44,015 bases of DNA from Basidioascus undulatus (lineage: Eukaryota): assembly GCA_000826855.1 (NCBI GenBank), contig JTLS01000025.1, forward strand, positions 1 through 44,015, read 5' to 3'. Position numbers and translations under genes: made by a program. This document shows, piece after piece, positions 1 through 11,900 of the stretch. The notes beneath the pieces were generated by a model. It had not been told where the DNA came from and searched no databases. It was given only the letters and a program-made list of their open reading frames with translations. The stretch's first letter is position 1. The number at the start of each line of letters is the position of its first letter.

Positions 1-63
1 AGCGCACGTCCGCCCGCCCCCTCACCCGCCCACAAGCCCCTCACCATCACCTCCGCGCTGCAG

Positions 64-1054
64 CTGACCAAGCCGCGGCGGAAACGTGGGACCGGCAAGG
101 TTTCGCGCAACGTCTTTCTGTGCTACGTCATTGGCGCTGCGGGCAGCGGCAAGACGAGCCTCCTCCGCGCGATGGTCAACAAGCGCTTTGAGGAGAGCTA
201 CGAGCCAACGCGGGGACTGCTGAGCGTCGTCAACTCCGTCGAGGTGGAGGGCGGCGCGGAGAAGTACTTGGTGGCAAGTCTTCACTGGAATACAGCTGTT
301 TCGGGCGTGGGCTAACTGGCGCGAGGAACAGCTTCAAGAATTCGGCTCTTCCTACGAGGCGTCAACGCTCCGCAATCCGAAGAAGCTCGACCTGGCAGAC
401 GTGATCCTCTTTGTCTGTGCGTGGACATGGTGCTCGCCCACAAGAGTGGTGCGCTGACCCGTCTATTGACCCGTCTAACGCAGACGACTGCTCCGACGCC
501 AACTCCTTCACCTACCTCTCGAACGTCCGACAACAGTACAGCCTTGATCATATCCCCTGCGTATTTGTCGCCACCAAGTCAGACCTCGACCTGACGCAGC
601 AGGTGCGCATCCTGCGATTTCTCAGTGCAGGAACAGCCACTCACATGTTTGCACATAGCGCCATGAGGTCCAGCCAGACGTCTACTGCCGACGCCTCAAC
701 CTCCCCGTGCCCGTGGCCGTCAGCGTGAAAGCGCACCAGACGGCCGACCTCTTCCAGACCATCTGTTCCGTAGCTCTCAACCCGTCCGTCACGCCTTCTC
801 TCGCTTCTCGTCTGCAAATGATACCAACGTTTTGCTGATGCCTGCGATTCCGCTACAGCCGACAAGCCCTCCCCCTCATCCCCCACCCCACTCGGTGGCT
901 ACACGTGCTCAGCTTGACAGCCCTCGTCGGCGGCAGCGCCGCAGGCGCGTACATCGTTTGGCGGCATTTCTGGCGGCCCGGCCTCTCTGGCGGAGGATTG
1001 GGCTCGGGCGGCGTGTGGAAGGGCGTTTCGGCGTGGTGGCGACGCGAGTTGTAG
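64..1054 (+). CDS. GEM1: Mitochondrial Rho GTPase (Miro), C-terminal part: second GTPase domain plus tail anchor; 5' end lies outside the window
   Basis: Hand-spliced translation VFLCYVIGAAGSGKTSLL...EKYLVLQEFG...YDCSDANSFTYL...PCVFVATKSDLD...VQPDVYCRRLNL, then a hydrophobic tail (LSLTALVGGSAAGAYIVW) and TAG at 1052-1054. Four internal introns, the first probably GC-AG. Confidence 0.93.
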
Positions 1055-1209
1055 TGATGGCGGAGGGCACCGCGGCGCGCTGCTGCTCATGTCATCCCGC
1101 TTTTAGGGTTTCGTGCATTCTTGGGCATGAACTGCTACAGTCGGCTATACCGCCACCCAGGCATACCGATGCTGCACGCGTGCAGAACCGGTGGTGCACA
1201 AACTGGCCC

Positions 1210-1239
1210 CACCGGTGCAGTTCGAGCACTGCACCGGTG
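1210..1239. repeat. Perfect 11-bp inverted repeat (hairpin) within a CACCGGTG/TGCA-rich patch downstream of GEM1
   Basis: CACCGGTGCAG (1210-1220), 8-nt loop TTCGAGCA, CTGCACCGGTG (1229-1239). Confidence 0.75.
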
Positions 1240-2311
1240 CTGCACCGAATATAATCCGCTAAATTCAGCCACACTTTGGACAGGGAACGGACGTCTGGCG
1301 GCACCTGTCAGTCGAAGACCACTAATTCACTATTAAATTTGCAATGCCACTTGCTTTAATGCCTCATAATGAAAGTAAACCCGTTAAATTTAGAACCCGT
1401 TGCGATCCTAAACCCGTCATCGATCAGCAAGTGATTTCACTGCTGTGAAAGCTGCCCATCCGAAGTGAGAACCCGACAGGCACACTGCTGAGGGCTGAAG
1501 CGAAAGGAAGACGAATGATCTGAGAAAGTATAAGCACATCATGGAGAAGGTCAGGCTGTCGGAAGCTTCCTAAACGGAAACTGGCATCATTGCACTGTAG
1601 CTGGATTTGCAGTGTGCGCTGCAGGCTGCAGTGATGTTTGAACCTGCCTGATTGGGCAGAAAACCTTCGCTGCGAATCTGTTTTCGATGTGGATTTAACA
1701 CTTTCCAATGGTGCGAGGAGGCGTATCCCGTTGTCAGTCGAGTGGAAGGCGGCAAAGGTTCGCTGCTGCTGAGTGCCTACGAGACTGTCACAGCAGTGCG
1801 GGGCTGGAGCATTCCTTTCCACGCAGTTTGACACTTAATATACAATGGAGTAGATACACCACATTTTTCGAACCAAAGGGGCTCGGAAATCGAGCTCAAG
1901 GGAGCCAATGCCCATCCGCGGTGAGTTTGCCTTCAAATGTACAGCAGGTATTCGCTAGACAACTCCTTACACATGCACGCTTAGTGGCTTACTCTAGGAT
2001 CTCTTGAGACATGTCTTGATAAGAATAATCCACGCTTAAGTTCAAGCAAGAGCTGTCTCGCGATTGCGCCAGGCAGGTGTTCAAGCCTGGGCTTCGGGGC
2101 TCACGCAGTGCGAGGGCCTTGCTCTGTTCCCGCCTTTGATAGCTCTTGATTATTTTGATACTCTTGAAAAAAATCAATATTGTTTCTTCCATGCGAGCCC
2201 GAGGCGCTCGTGGTCTCAGTTTGGCAATGCTGAAAGAGGGACCGGACTGCCCTGCCGCCGTGCCCCTGGAACAATCTCCGCCCCCGCACGCGTATCCGAC
2301 GCGACTTGACC

Positions 2312-2352
2312 TTGACTGTTGTACACTTCGGTATTGACTGTTGTACACTTCG
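2312..2352. repeat. 19-bp direct repeat about 80-120 nt upstream of the RAD50 ATG
   Basis: TTGACTGTTGTACACTTCG at 2312-2330 and 2334-2352, separated by 3 nt. Confidence 0.85.
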
Positions 2353-2429
2353 ATATCTCGCGTGCAGCTCCCGCTTAACACATCTCAGTCTTTGCTGGAT
2401 CTCTGCAGGACTGTAACTGAACGGCCATC

Positions 2430-5400
2430 ATGGCGTACGTGCTGCAGTGGACTCTTCCCTCGTGTGCGCTTAACCTCGGAAGCTTGTCCTCGCAGCGCGC
2501 TCAACAAGATGTTGATCCGCGGGATCCGCTCCTTCGACGACAAGCAGAGTAACATCATTGAGTTCTACTCTCCCGTTACCGTCATCTGCGGCCACAACGG
2601 CTCGGGCAAGACGGTGCGTACCTGCGCTCCCAGTCAGCGGCGGAAACAAAGTATTGGCCAGTGGCAGTGGCAGTGGCGGACGGTGTGTTGGAGCCGGCGA
2701 TGCCGCGCCGAGGCCTTCTCGGTTGCGTTGGGAGAGGGCCGACGAAGAGGATTGGCTAGTAGGGGAGCTGACACGCGATCCGCGCTCCCATGAGCTTGGC
2801 AACCTGCGCAGCCGTGCGCCGTGGTCGATGCGTCCTCGAAACCGCCTCCGAGATGAAACTCATCCTCTTCCTCTGCGCAGACCATCATCGAATGCCTCAA
2901 GTATGCGACGACTGGGGACATGCCCCCCAACACCAAGGGCGGAGCCTTCATCCACGACCCGAAGGTTCGTGCTCCTCCTTCCTTTGACCTCGACGCAGCA
3001 CTGAAGCCGCGGTCCTTCCACAGATGGCGCAGGAGAAGGAGATCAAAGCCCAAGTCAAGCTCCGCTTCCGTTCTGTCAACAAGCAGATGTTCACCGCGGT
3101 TCGGAACGTCCAAGTGACGGTTCGGAAGGGCGGCCTCACGATGAAGACGCTCGAGGGCGTGCTCAGCGTGCAGGATGCGTCGACCGAGCAGCGGAAGGGC
3201 AAGGTGCGTGCCTTATGTTTGCTACTCGCCTGTAATTAGAGCGCTCATGGACAGAGGGGCGAGCAGGTATCGACCATCTCCACCAAGTGTTCCGAGCTCG
3301 ACACCGAGATCCCCCGCCTGCTCGGCGTCTCCAAGGCGGTACTCGACAACGTCATCTTCTGCCATCAGGAGGAGTCCAACTGGCCACTGTCTGAGCCGGC
3401 GGCGCTGAAGAAAAAGTTCGACGAAATCTTCGAGGCGAGCCGGTACGTCTTCCTAACATCCCAAGCTCAACAGCGCGGCTCATCGCTGTGCAAGTCGATA
3501 GGTACACCAAGGCGCTCAAGCAGATCCAGGACATCCGCAAAGAGCGCGCTGGAGACCTAAAAGTCGACCGCGAGCGTCTTTCGTCGCTGAAGACGGACCG
3601 TGACCGTGCCGAGAAGGTATATCTTCAGGATCGGTTCTTGATGAAGAGATAAACGTTGTGCTGATACGGCCCTTGCCGCTAATCAGATCAAGCAGCAGCT
3701 TGCCGTACTTGAGGAGGGCGTCGCCGAGATGGACCGCGAGTTCGAGGAGCTCGACCAGCAGATCTCCGCTCTCTCCGCCGCGAACAAGATCTTCTATCAG
3801 AACGCGACCAAGTTCAACGAGATCTACAACAAGGTCGAGACGCTCGAGGAGCGCGAGAAGCTCATTAAGGAGAGTATGAGCAGCATCAAGGAGACGATGC
3901 AGGAGCTCCCCGGTACGTTATAGCTATCATCTCTGAGCGCTTGCCCGTGTGGTTCTCATTCGGCTGCTTGCGCATGGGATGACTGGGCAGATTCGGACGC
4001 GGAGCTTGCGTCCAAGCGTGCGAACTTCCAGAAGCACTTACAGGAGCAGCGCCAGCGTCGCGCTGAGGAGGTCCGCAACCGCGACGCGGAGGACGACACG
4101 CTCCGCGAGATAACGAAGCGCCACCAGAACAAACTCACCGAGCGTGGTCAGCTCGAAGCCGAAGCTCGTGTATGTCCTCGCCCTGCGCTTTCCCCTTTTC
4201 CGGTTCGCTTTGCTAAGGTCACGGCCGGCGCTGCAGAAATTCGAGCGCGACATCAACGAGCGCCAGGAGATCATCAGCGAGATCGCCGCGCGCCACGGCA
4301 TCCGCGGCTTCGACTATATCCCGCTCGAGGACGCTAAGATCGAGGAGTTCATCGACAAGCTGCGCGACTACGTCAAAAGGAGCGGCGCGGAGGTGGACCG
4401 GATCAGGGTGAGTGCTGCGCGGCTGTGCGCGAGACAGGCGGGAGAATTAACGAATAGTGGTGGACTGCAGCGCGAGGGTCGGGACACGCAGGCCGAGTAC
4501 GCGAACAAACTTCAAATGCTCAACAGTGACCTCGCCGCGACGAAGCAGGCGAAGGCGGGACTTCGTCAGCAGATCGTGCGTTCTCCAGGTCCGAACTCCT
4601 CCCAATGCTGGAACTGACGTCAACGTGTCATTCTCAATCTTAGGGAGACAACCAAGCCCGCGTCCTGCGCTTTACGAACGACCTTGAGCGCGTCAAAGTC
4701 TCGCAGTCGGACATCACCGAGGCGGAGACGGAGCTGAACCGCACCCGGCAACGCTTCGACGCCTCGCAAGCCGAGCTGACGGAAGCGGCATACGACGACC
4801 GGATCGCCCAACTTCGCGTCGAGGTCCGCAAGCTCGAGGACGAGAAGGACAAGCTCGGCGCGGACATGGCCGCGCTCAACCTCCAAGCCGACACGAGGGC
4901 GCGCCTCGGCATAAAGAAGAGCGACAGGAAGGCCAAGCTGGACGCCGCGCAGGCTCTGTGCGTGTCTGATTCTTGCTGTAACGAGGCGATCTGCACGCTG
5001 ACGCTGTCGAATGCAGCATCTCGTCCAAGAATGCGAAGCATAGGCAGCACGTCGGCACGGACGCAGTCGCGGAGTCGATGGAGTCCACCGTCACCCGCAC
5101 GTACAGGTATGCTGATAATCGGCGCGACACAACAAAACGAAGCTTACTGATGTCCTACCTTCTAGTGAGAAGCAGCAGGAGCTCGGCGTCGCGCAGACTA
5201 CGTCTCAGCAAGCCAACCGCGAGCTGCAACAGATCGAGTCGACGGTACAGAACTACAAAGCCCAACACCAGGAGAAGCGGAAAGAGCTGCAGGGTGCGTT
5301 GATTTGGCATAACCTGGCTCTCTCCTTGCTCAACACCTGCTTGTTCCGTTGCGCAGCGCTCCAGAGCGAGGTCAACATCGCGCTGGAGGAGAATGCCGCC

Positions 5401-8281
5401 GAGACGCTCGGCCAAGCGATCCAATTCGCGCAAGAAGAGGTCAACTTGCGCAGAGAGTACGCCTTTTCAACTTGAAAGACACGTCAGAACACTAACGGTC
5501 GCTACCCGCGCAGATCCATCAACGGCGGCGAGGCGTTGGAAAAGTGGTTCGAGGAGACGCTCGACAACGCCAAGGTCAAGCATGCCTGCCGGGGCTGCGG
5601 TCGGCACATCAAGAATGACGAGATGTCCAAGATCGAAAGACATGTGAGTTTACTAAGCTTATACCGCTGCACGAGCGTCACTGATGCGACTTGATCACAC
5701 AGATGCGCGACATGCTCAAGCGATACGGACCGCAAACTCGCCAAGAGCACGCCGACGAGCTCAAGGACTGGGAGGCCGAGCTCGACCGTCTCAAGGCGCT
5801 ACAGCCTGCCGAGGAGACGATCCGCAAGCTCAAGGACGAGATCCCCAAGCTCGACGCCGACGTGCGGCGAGAGGAGGCCAAATTGGACCAAGCTGTCCGG
5901 AAGATGGACCAAGTACGTCCTGTCATCTCTGCTTCGATCCACCGAACGCTGCGCTAACCCTGTCTTTCCAGGTAACGGCGACGATCGAGGGGCACAAGGC
6001 GGACCTGGCCGAGATGGAGGACCTCCGGCGCGCGGCGATCGACGTCTCGCGGTTGACGCGCGAAGCTCGCGATCTTGGCCGCGACATCGCCTTGCTCGAG
6101 CGCGAGCTCGAGGCTTCGTCAAACTCGACGCTCACGGTCGAGGATGTTCAGGAGCACCTGAACACGCTTACGGACTCGATGTGGGTTCATCCTTTATAGC
6201 ACTTGACTTGCTACATCCGCTGAAGCTTTATCGAATTCACAGCAAGCGCGCGAACACCGAGGTCGCAACGGCGCTGTCGGACAAGGAGAAGAAGACCCGC
6301 CAGCTGAACGCCCAGCAGCAGAGCATCCACAAGCAGGAGCTCGACCTCGGTCAGCTTCGTTCGCAATACCGCGAGCGCGAGAACGTCGATCGGTCGATAG
6401 AGGAGGTTCGCAAGACGATAGCGGAACTGCATGAGAAATCCAAGGTACGCTCGAAGTGGCTGCTTTGGCTTGATGTGACCGCTTACGCTCCTGCGTCTGT
6501 ACCGACGCTGTCAGGCTGCGGACGATGACATCGCGAAAGCGGCCGCGCCGATCTGTCAACTCGAGGAGGAGAAGTCGCAGCACGCGATCGAGGTCACCGA
6601 GAAGGAAGGCGCGGCGCAGCGTGCGTACTCGACCATCAGCCAGAGCCTCAGCCAGATGGATGCGCTAGACGGAACTGTCAAGGCGTACGTCCCATGCTCC
6701 ATGAGAGAACTACGCGGGTTCAGGCAATGCTAAACTCTTCAACAGTTACATCAACGGCAACGGCGAACGTCGCCTTCGCAACTGCGTCACGGAGATCGAC
6801 GACATAGCGAGGACCTCGAAGGAGACTCAGAAGCGCATCGACGCGATCAACTCGCGCATCACCGAGCTGGACCGCGAGGCGGCTCGTGCGAACGAGTCGG
6901 AGCGCAACCTCGGCGACAACATCAGGTACCGCGAGAAGGCGAGGGAGCTCGCGGACATCCGCGCCAAGATCAACGAGATCGACCTCGAGGAGACGGCGAA
7001 GGCGAAGCGCCAGTTCGACGAGAAGTACGACGCGAGCCGCAGGAAGGAGACGCAGATGAGGGGTCGGGTGCGTCGAACGGCAGGCGCCCGGTCTTCGCCT
7101 CTTGTTACTGACAACACTGCGGTGGTTATTAGCACAACGTTCTCGAAGGCCAGCGCCAGTCGGAACGCAATCGCATCAAGGAGCGCCGCGACGAACTCAA
7201 CACCGAGTACAAGAACATCCACCGCGACTATATCGACCAGCTCATAAAGGTCAAGGTACGTCTGCGTTGTGACGACCGTCTTCCGGACCGCAGTTCACGG
7301 TGATCTTCGAGAGACGTCCGACCTCGCTATTCAAGACCTCGAGAAGTACGGCAAGGCGCTCGAAAAGTGTGTATTTCCTGCATGTGCGACCGGCGCTGTA
7401 TGCTGACCCGCCTGCACCGGCAGCGCCATCATGCGGTACCATGGTCTCAAGATGGAAGAGATCAACGAGCAGATCCAGCACCTGTGGCAGAAGACGTATC
7501 AGGGCACCGGTGCGGCTTTTGTCAATCCTAGCCTTGACGCCACTGTGCTGACGAGCTCTTCCGCAGACATCGACAACATCCAGATCCGTTCGGACGCGGA
7601 GGGCGCGAAGGGGGGCAGGACGTATAACTATCGGGTGCGTGCATCCCCACCCGACTTTCAAACGGGGGCGGACTCGAACGGGGCGGACTGAAGCTTAATG
7701 TGGCTGGACTGGGGTTCAGGTGGTCATGACCAAGGATAATGTCGAGATGGACATGCGGGGGCGCTGTTCGGCCGGCCAGAAGGTCCTCGCATCCATCATC
7801 ATCCGCCTCGCGCTCGCCGACTCCTTCGGCAGCAACTGCGGCATTCTCGCGCTCGATGAGCCCACGACCAACCTCGACAAGGAGAACATCGACGCGTTGG
7901 CGGTCAGCCTGGCCGAGTGCGTTGCTCTTCCCCTTGCACACGTCGAGCGCTTGCTCATCTAGTCCCCTCACACGCAGCATCATCAATGAACGCCGGACGC
8001 AGTCGAGCTTCCAGGTAAGATGTGGGCGCTTGTGTATCCCTCGGTAAGGCCTTGACGCTGATTGTCTTTTCACTCGTAGCTTCTCATCATTACGCACGAT
8101 GAGGACTTCCTCGGCCGTCTCGCGCAGCACGACGTTCTCGACTACTACTGATAAGTCCTCTCGTACTACCACACTGCATTTCGGGACTATCGCAACCTAA
8201 CACGCTACTTGCCCTTCCACGCGTGTGAGCAGAGACCGCAGGCAGCGTAGTCAGATCGAGCGCAACAGGATCACGTCCTGA
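2430..8281 (+). CDS. RAD50: DNA double-strand break repair ATPase Rad50 (MRX/MRN complex), ~27 introns
   Basis: [16 protein letters not shown]; Walker [18 protein letters not shown]-loop [13 protein letters not shown]; long coiled coil; zinc hook CRGC (~5587); signature [10 protein letters not shown]; Walker B/D-loop [13 protein letters not shown]-loop IITHDE; C-terminus [26 protein letters not shown] 8279-8281. Confidence 0.98.
8151..8220 (+). other. Non-canonical AT-AC intron (70 nt), last intron of RAD50
   Basis: Boundaries TG|ATAAGT...CCTAAC(8196-8201)...CCCTTCCAC|G. Removal restores DYYW-RVSRD, which matches the Rad50 C-terminus; I found no GT-AG pair that does so. Confidence 0.8.
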
Positions 8282-8765
8282 GCGGCGGTCCCGCAGGACT
8301 TTCTGGATTGAGGTATTGAGGACATTCGTTTCGTTGCAATAACTGTATACCCGTCATTCTTCACTGTGTACTTGTTCGCAATCGCACGCATCCCCAGCAT
8401 GCTCTTCTTCTGTGCACCGCTTCTTGTGTTGCTCGGGCGAATCAGGATATCAGGAAAAGCGCAGACTCCAGGCTGTTTCTCCGTACCGCCCGAGGATAGA
8501 GGGTTCGGTCATTCAAGCTGACCGTCGGCAGCTCACTGTGAAAGATGTGTGCCCCAGCTCAGCTCGAGCTAATTTGACGCATTTCTGCAAATTTCTGCCT
8601 TGTCTGCCACCTGCTTCGGCCACCTGTTTCGGATGAAAACCTCCACTCAGAGCACCGCTCGACCCAGAGCCGCTTACTTCGCCACGTCATGTGGCACTTC
8701 TCCTGCCGATCCGGGTATTGTCTCGCCACCATCTCTCGAACCGCTTGCATCGGTACATCACAGCG

Positions 8766-9515
8766 ATGTCGAGTCGACCTACGGAAGATATCTCCAAGTA
8801 CCCGCGTCCTCCAGCACTGGAGAAAACGTCGAGGCATCTGCGGGTAGTCTGGGAAGACAAGGATGGCAGTCAGACCGTGCTGGCGGACACGAAGGAGGGA
8901 TTCAAAGTGATGGAGACGTTGTATGTACCATGTTCGTCGTACGATAGCGTTGAATAAAGCTGAAGCCCTATTTTCAGTCATCCGCGTATGGATCTCCGGC
9001 CATTCCCTTCGGGACAGAACATGCTTACCCGGAATCGCAGCCACGTATTATCTGCCCCCGGGCGCGGTGCGGACAGACCTCCTCGTCAAGAATGACCGTT
9101 CCACTTTTTGCGAGGTAATATTTCTTAATTACAACGGGATCGCAGTACCTGACAGTTCGTGCTTTCCAGTGGAAGGGCCATGCTGCGTACTGGGACTTTC
9201 GTGCCCCTGGATCTTCCGGCGCCATTGTGCGCTCGCGCATCTGGTCCTACCTAAATCCTACCGTGCAGTTCAGTCCAGTAAAAGATTACCTTTGCTTCTA
9301 CGCTTCGACGGGTCAACCGCTCGAGGATGGACAGTGGTTCTGCGAAGTCGATGGTGAGCGGGTCAAGCCGCAAGAGGGAGATTACTACGGAGGATGGCAG
9401 ACGAGTAACATTGTCGGCCCGATCAAAGGAGGTGGGTGCCTCCCTATTCTGATCAGGCAGGCTCATTAGCTCATTCACAATTTACTGGCCAGGACCGGGA
9501 ACAAGGGGGTGGTGA
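8766..9515 (+). CDS. DUF427 family protein
   Basis: Spliced MSSRPTEDISKYPRPPALE...VMETFHPPTYYLPP...STFCEWKGHAAYWD...IWSY...CEVDGERVKPQEGDYYGGWQTSNIVGPIKGGPGTRGW*. Includes an 8-nt micro-exon at 8978-8985. Confidence 0.88.
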
Positions 9516-9925
9516 CTGCGCAAGCGGCGCTCGAAATGTGAATCGTGCCGCGTTCGCGTGCTGCACACGTTGGACCAGCTGCAGTTCGGCGCAGCGGCAT
9601 GAAACACTCGTTGTATAGACATGAAAGCTTCATAAGGCAACTCCCACACGTTGTTGGCTATACGCGATACAGATTGGCCGGAAGAGGGCAAAGGGTGTAC
9701 ACACCTGTCCGGTGATGCGACAAAGGCTGCGACACATATTGGCCGGAAGAGCCCCTGGCCAGGCAACGTGCCAAGGGGCACTTGTTGGTCCCCAAAGCGC
9801 AGACCGCCCACCGAACTTTAAAGTTGAGTATACCAGGCTCGATTTAAAGGATATAAGAGGGCGTGTCAGACATTCCGACTTTGTCCCATCCTCTTCATCT
9901 CGCCGCGATTTTGATATACGAAGCG

Positions 9926-11499
9926 ATGCGCGTCGCGTTTGCAGCCCTCGGCCTCCTCCCGGTTTTGGCCCGAGCCGCACCGTTCACGAAGCGTTCGTAT
10001 AGCCTGTGAGAAAAATTATATGGAACAGTGCGACGTAGAAGCTCACAATTTTTTAAGACTCAGTGTTAATAATGTGGTGGTTGCTGGCCAAGACATCACC
10101 GACTCCGAGATCGACGAAATTGAGCAACAGTATCCGGCGGAGCAGTGAGCGCCTCCTTTTCTCGCTTCAGAATGTCCTCTTACATTACATGCTTAGGGTC
10201 GCGGACGTATATGTGCCTGGTCGGACACCGTCCAATACCGACGCAACGACACCGCTGTCGTCGACGGACGTTGAGGCGCACAAGCCTGCTGCCTACTTTG
10301 CTGCAGTTGCAGCCTGTGGTGCTGATGGCGTGCGCTCTTTGAGCTGCGGCCGTACGTTACTGTGCTTTATCATAGGATTGATGTTTTAAACTGAAAACTC
10401 CTCTACTAGCCAATTGCGATGCTATCGCAAAGTACGACATCGAAGTCCTGTACACCTCGGGTGATGGACAGGGCAACCCTTACGGTAGGTCTTGCGCTGC
10501 GCGTGCTCTTATATGTCTTGTCTGACCACCTTTTCTTGAAAGCCTATGTTATCTACGCGGCTGCTCTTCAGTCTATCGTGGTGACACACCAGCCGACAAA
10601 CTCCTCTTCGCTTCTCTCCTGGATCAACGATGTTGTCCTCACTCCCGCGCCGTTGCAAGGCAACCTGGCGAGCGTTCGTACCCAGTCTGGCGCAACCCCT
10701 CTGGCGCACCTGGGATTCCAGAACGCGTGGTCTCGCACGAGCTCGGACGTCCTCGAGCAAGTCAAGGCGGGTCTTGCAGCTCATCCGGAGGTGACGAAGG
10801 TGCTCGTTGCGGGGCACTCTCTGGGTAGGTATACTTCTCGAACCTCGCATACTTGTCTTGTATTAATTCTATTTTTAGGTGCCGCCATTTCTATCTTGGA
10901 TGCACTCTCGCTCGTTACCGAGCTATCCGGCGTTGCTGTCGAGCTCACTACCTTCGGACTCCCTCGTGTCGGCAACGCAGACTTTGCCGATCTGATCGAT
11001 CAATACGTGAGTCATTCGGGGTGCAATGTTTTAAATTTCTTCACCTTACCATGTGGCAATCACAGCTTCCCTCTCAACGCCATGTCACAAACGGTAAGCG
11101 TTGCCTTTCCCCCTTCCGTAACTTCATTGCCGCCCGCCCGCTAAAGGCAGTGTGGGTACAGGCAACGACCAGGTACCGCACCTTCCCCCCCGTAAGTGTT
11201 CCGCACAATCTCGGTGATTCTTAAGTATTCTGAAATTCAGCACTGCAGGACTCTTCCAATATGTGCACCCGTCGGGTGAAATCTATCTTCAACAGCCGTC
11301 CTTCTCGCCCGTGTCTTGCCCGGGAAGGGAGAACGAGGTACATATCATTTTACTCCCTTTCGTGTAAAGAAGTAGGCTTATGGATATGTCTTCGCAGAAT
11401 TGTGGAAACCAGCACGACCTGGACACCAACTGGGACTTACACAACGGGCCGTACTTTGGGGTAGACATGGGTCGCACTCCGTGCACGAACCCTGTCTGA
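9926..11499 (+). CDS. Secreted class-3 lipase / feruloyl-esterase-like alpha/beta hydrolase
   Basis: Signal-peptide-like MRVAFAALGLLPVLARA; AHLGFQNAW; nucleophile elbow VAGHSLG; TTFGLPRVGNADFA; NDQVPHFPP; YVHPSGEI; HNGPYFG; TGA 11497-11499. TATA-like GATATAAG near 9850. Confidence 0.88.
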
Positions 11500-11900
11500 A
11501 AAGCTACGCACTGCGCGTCCCTTGAGGTTTATACCATGTTAGAGAAGGTTTACTTGATGGATCAACAATGCATTTTCTGGTTTGGCAAGTTCCCACAGCC
11601 AAATGAGAGAGCGGCTGTAATGCAATCGAAAGCAAAATGACGCATCGTTGCGGCGCCGGGTTTTGCCTCTTGCCTCCACCATCTCACGGTGACGGCGCAA
11701 ACTCGATGTCTCGACCCCTCACTCTTTCGCATGGCTCGAGAACTGATGCCAGTTTTACGAGCGTTTCCTTGTTGAAGATACATATCGCAGTGTCGCTCGA
11801 AGACAGTGTACCGGCACCACACTTATTTAATGCGAGCGGACCGCTGTCGAAAGAAATGTCTTCCGTACCGCTCCGTCTCCGTCTCCTGCTCACTCGCTCA

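Noticed and set aside
8148..8151. RAD50 as a truncated gene or stop-readthrough/selenocysteine case at TGA
   Set aside because: Readthrough would run into intron-like sequence out of frame with the conserved tail; the AT-AC intron restores the tail exactly.
8151..8220. Minor-spliceosome (U12) intron
   Set aside because: The donor is ATAAGT, not ATATCCTT, and the branch region lacks the extended TCCTTAAC consensus; the signals are U2-like.
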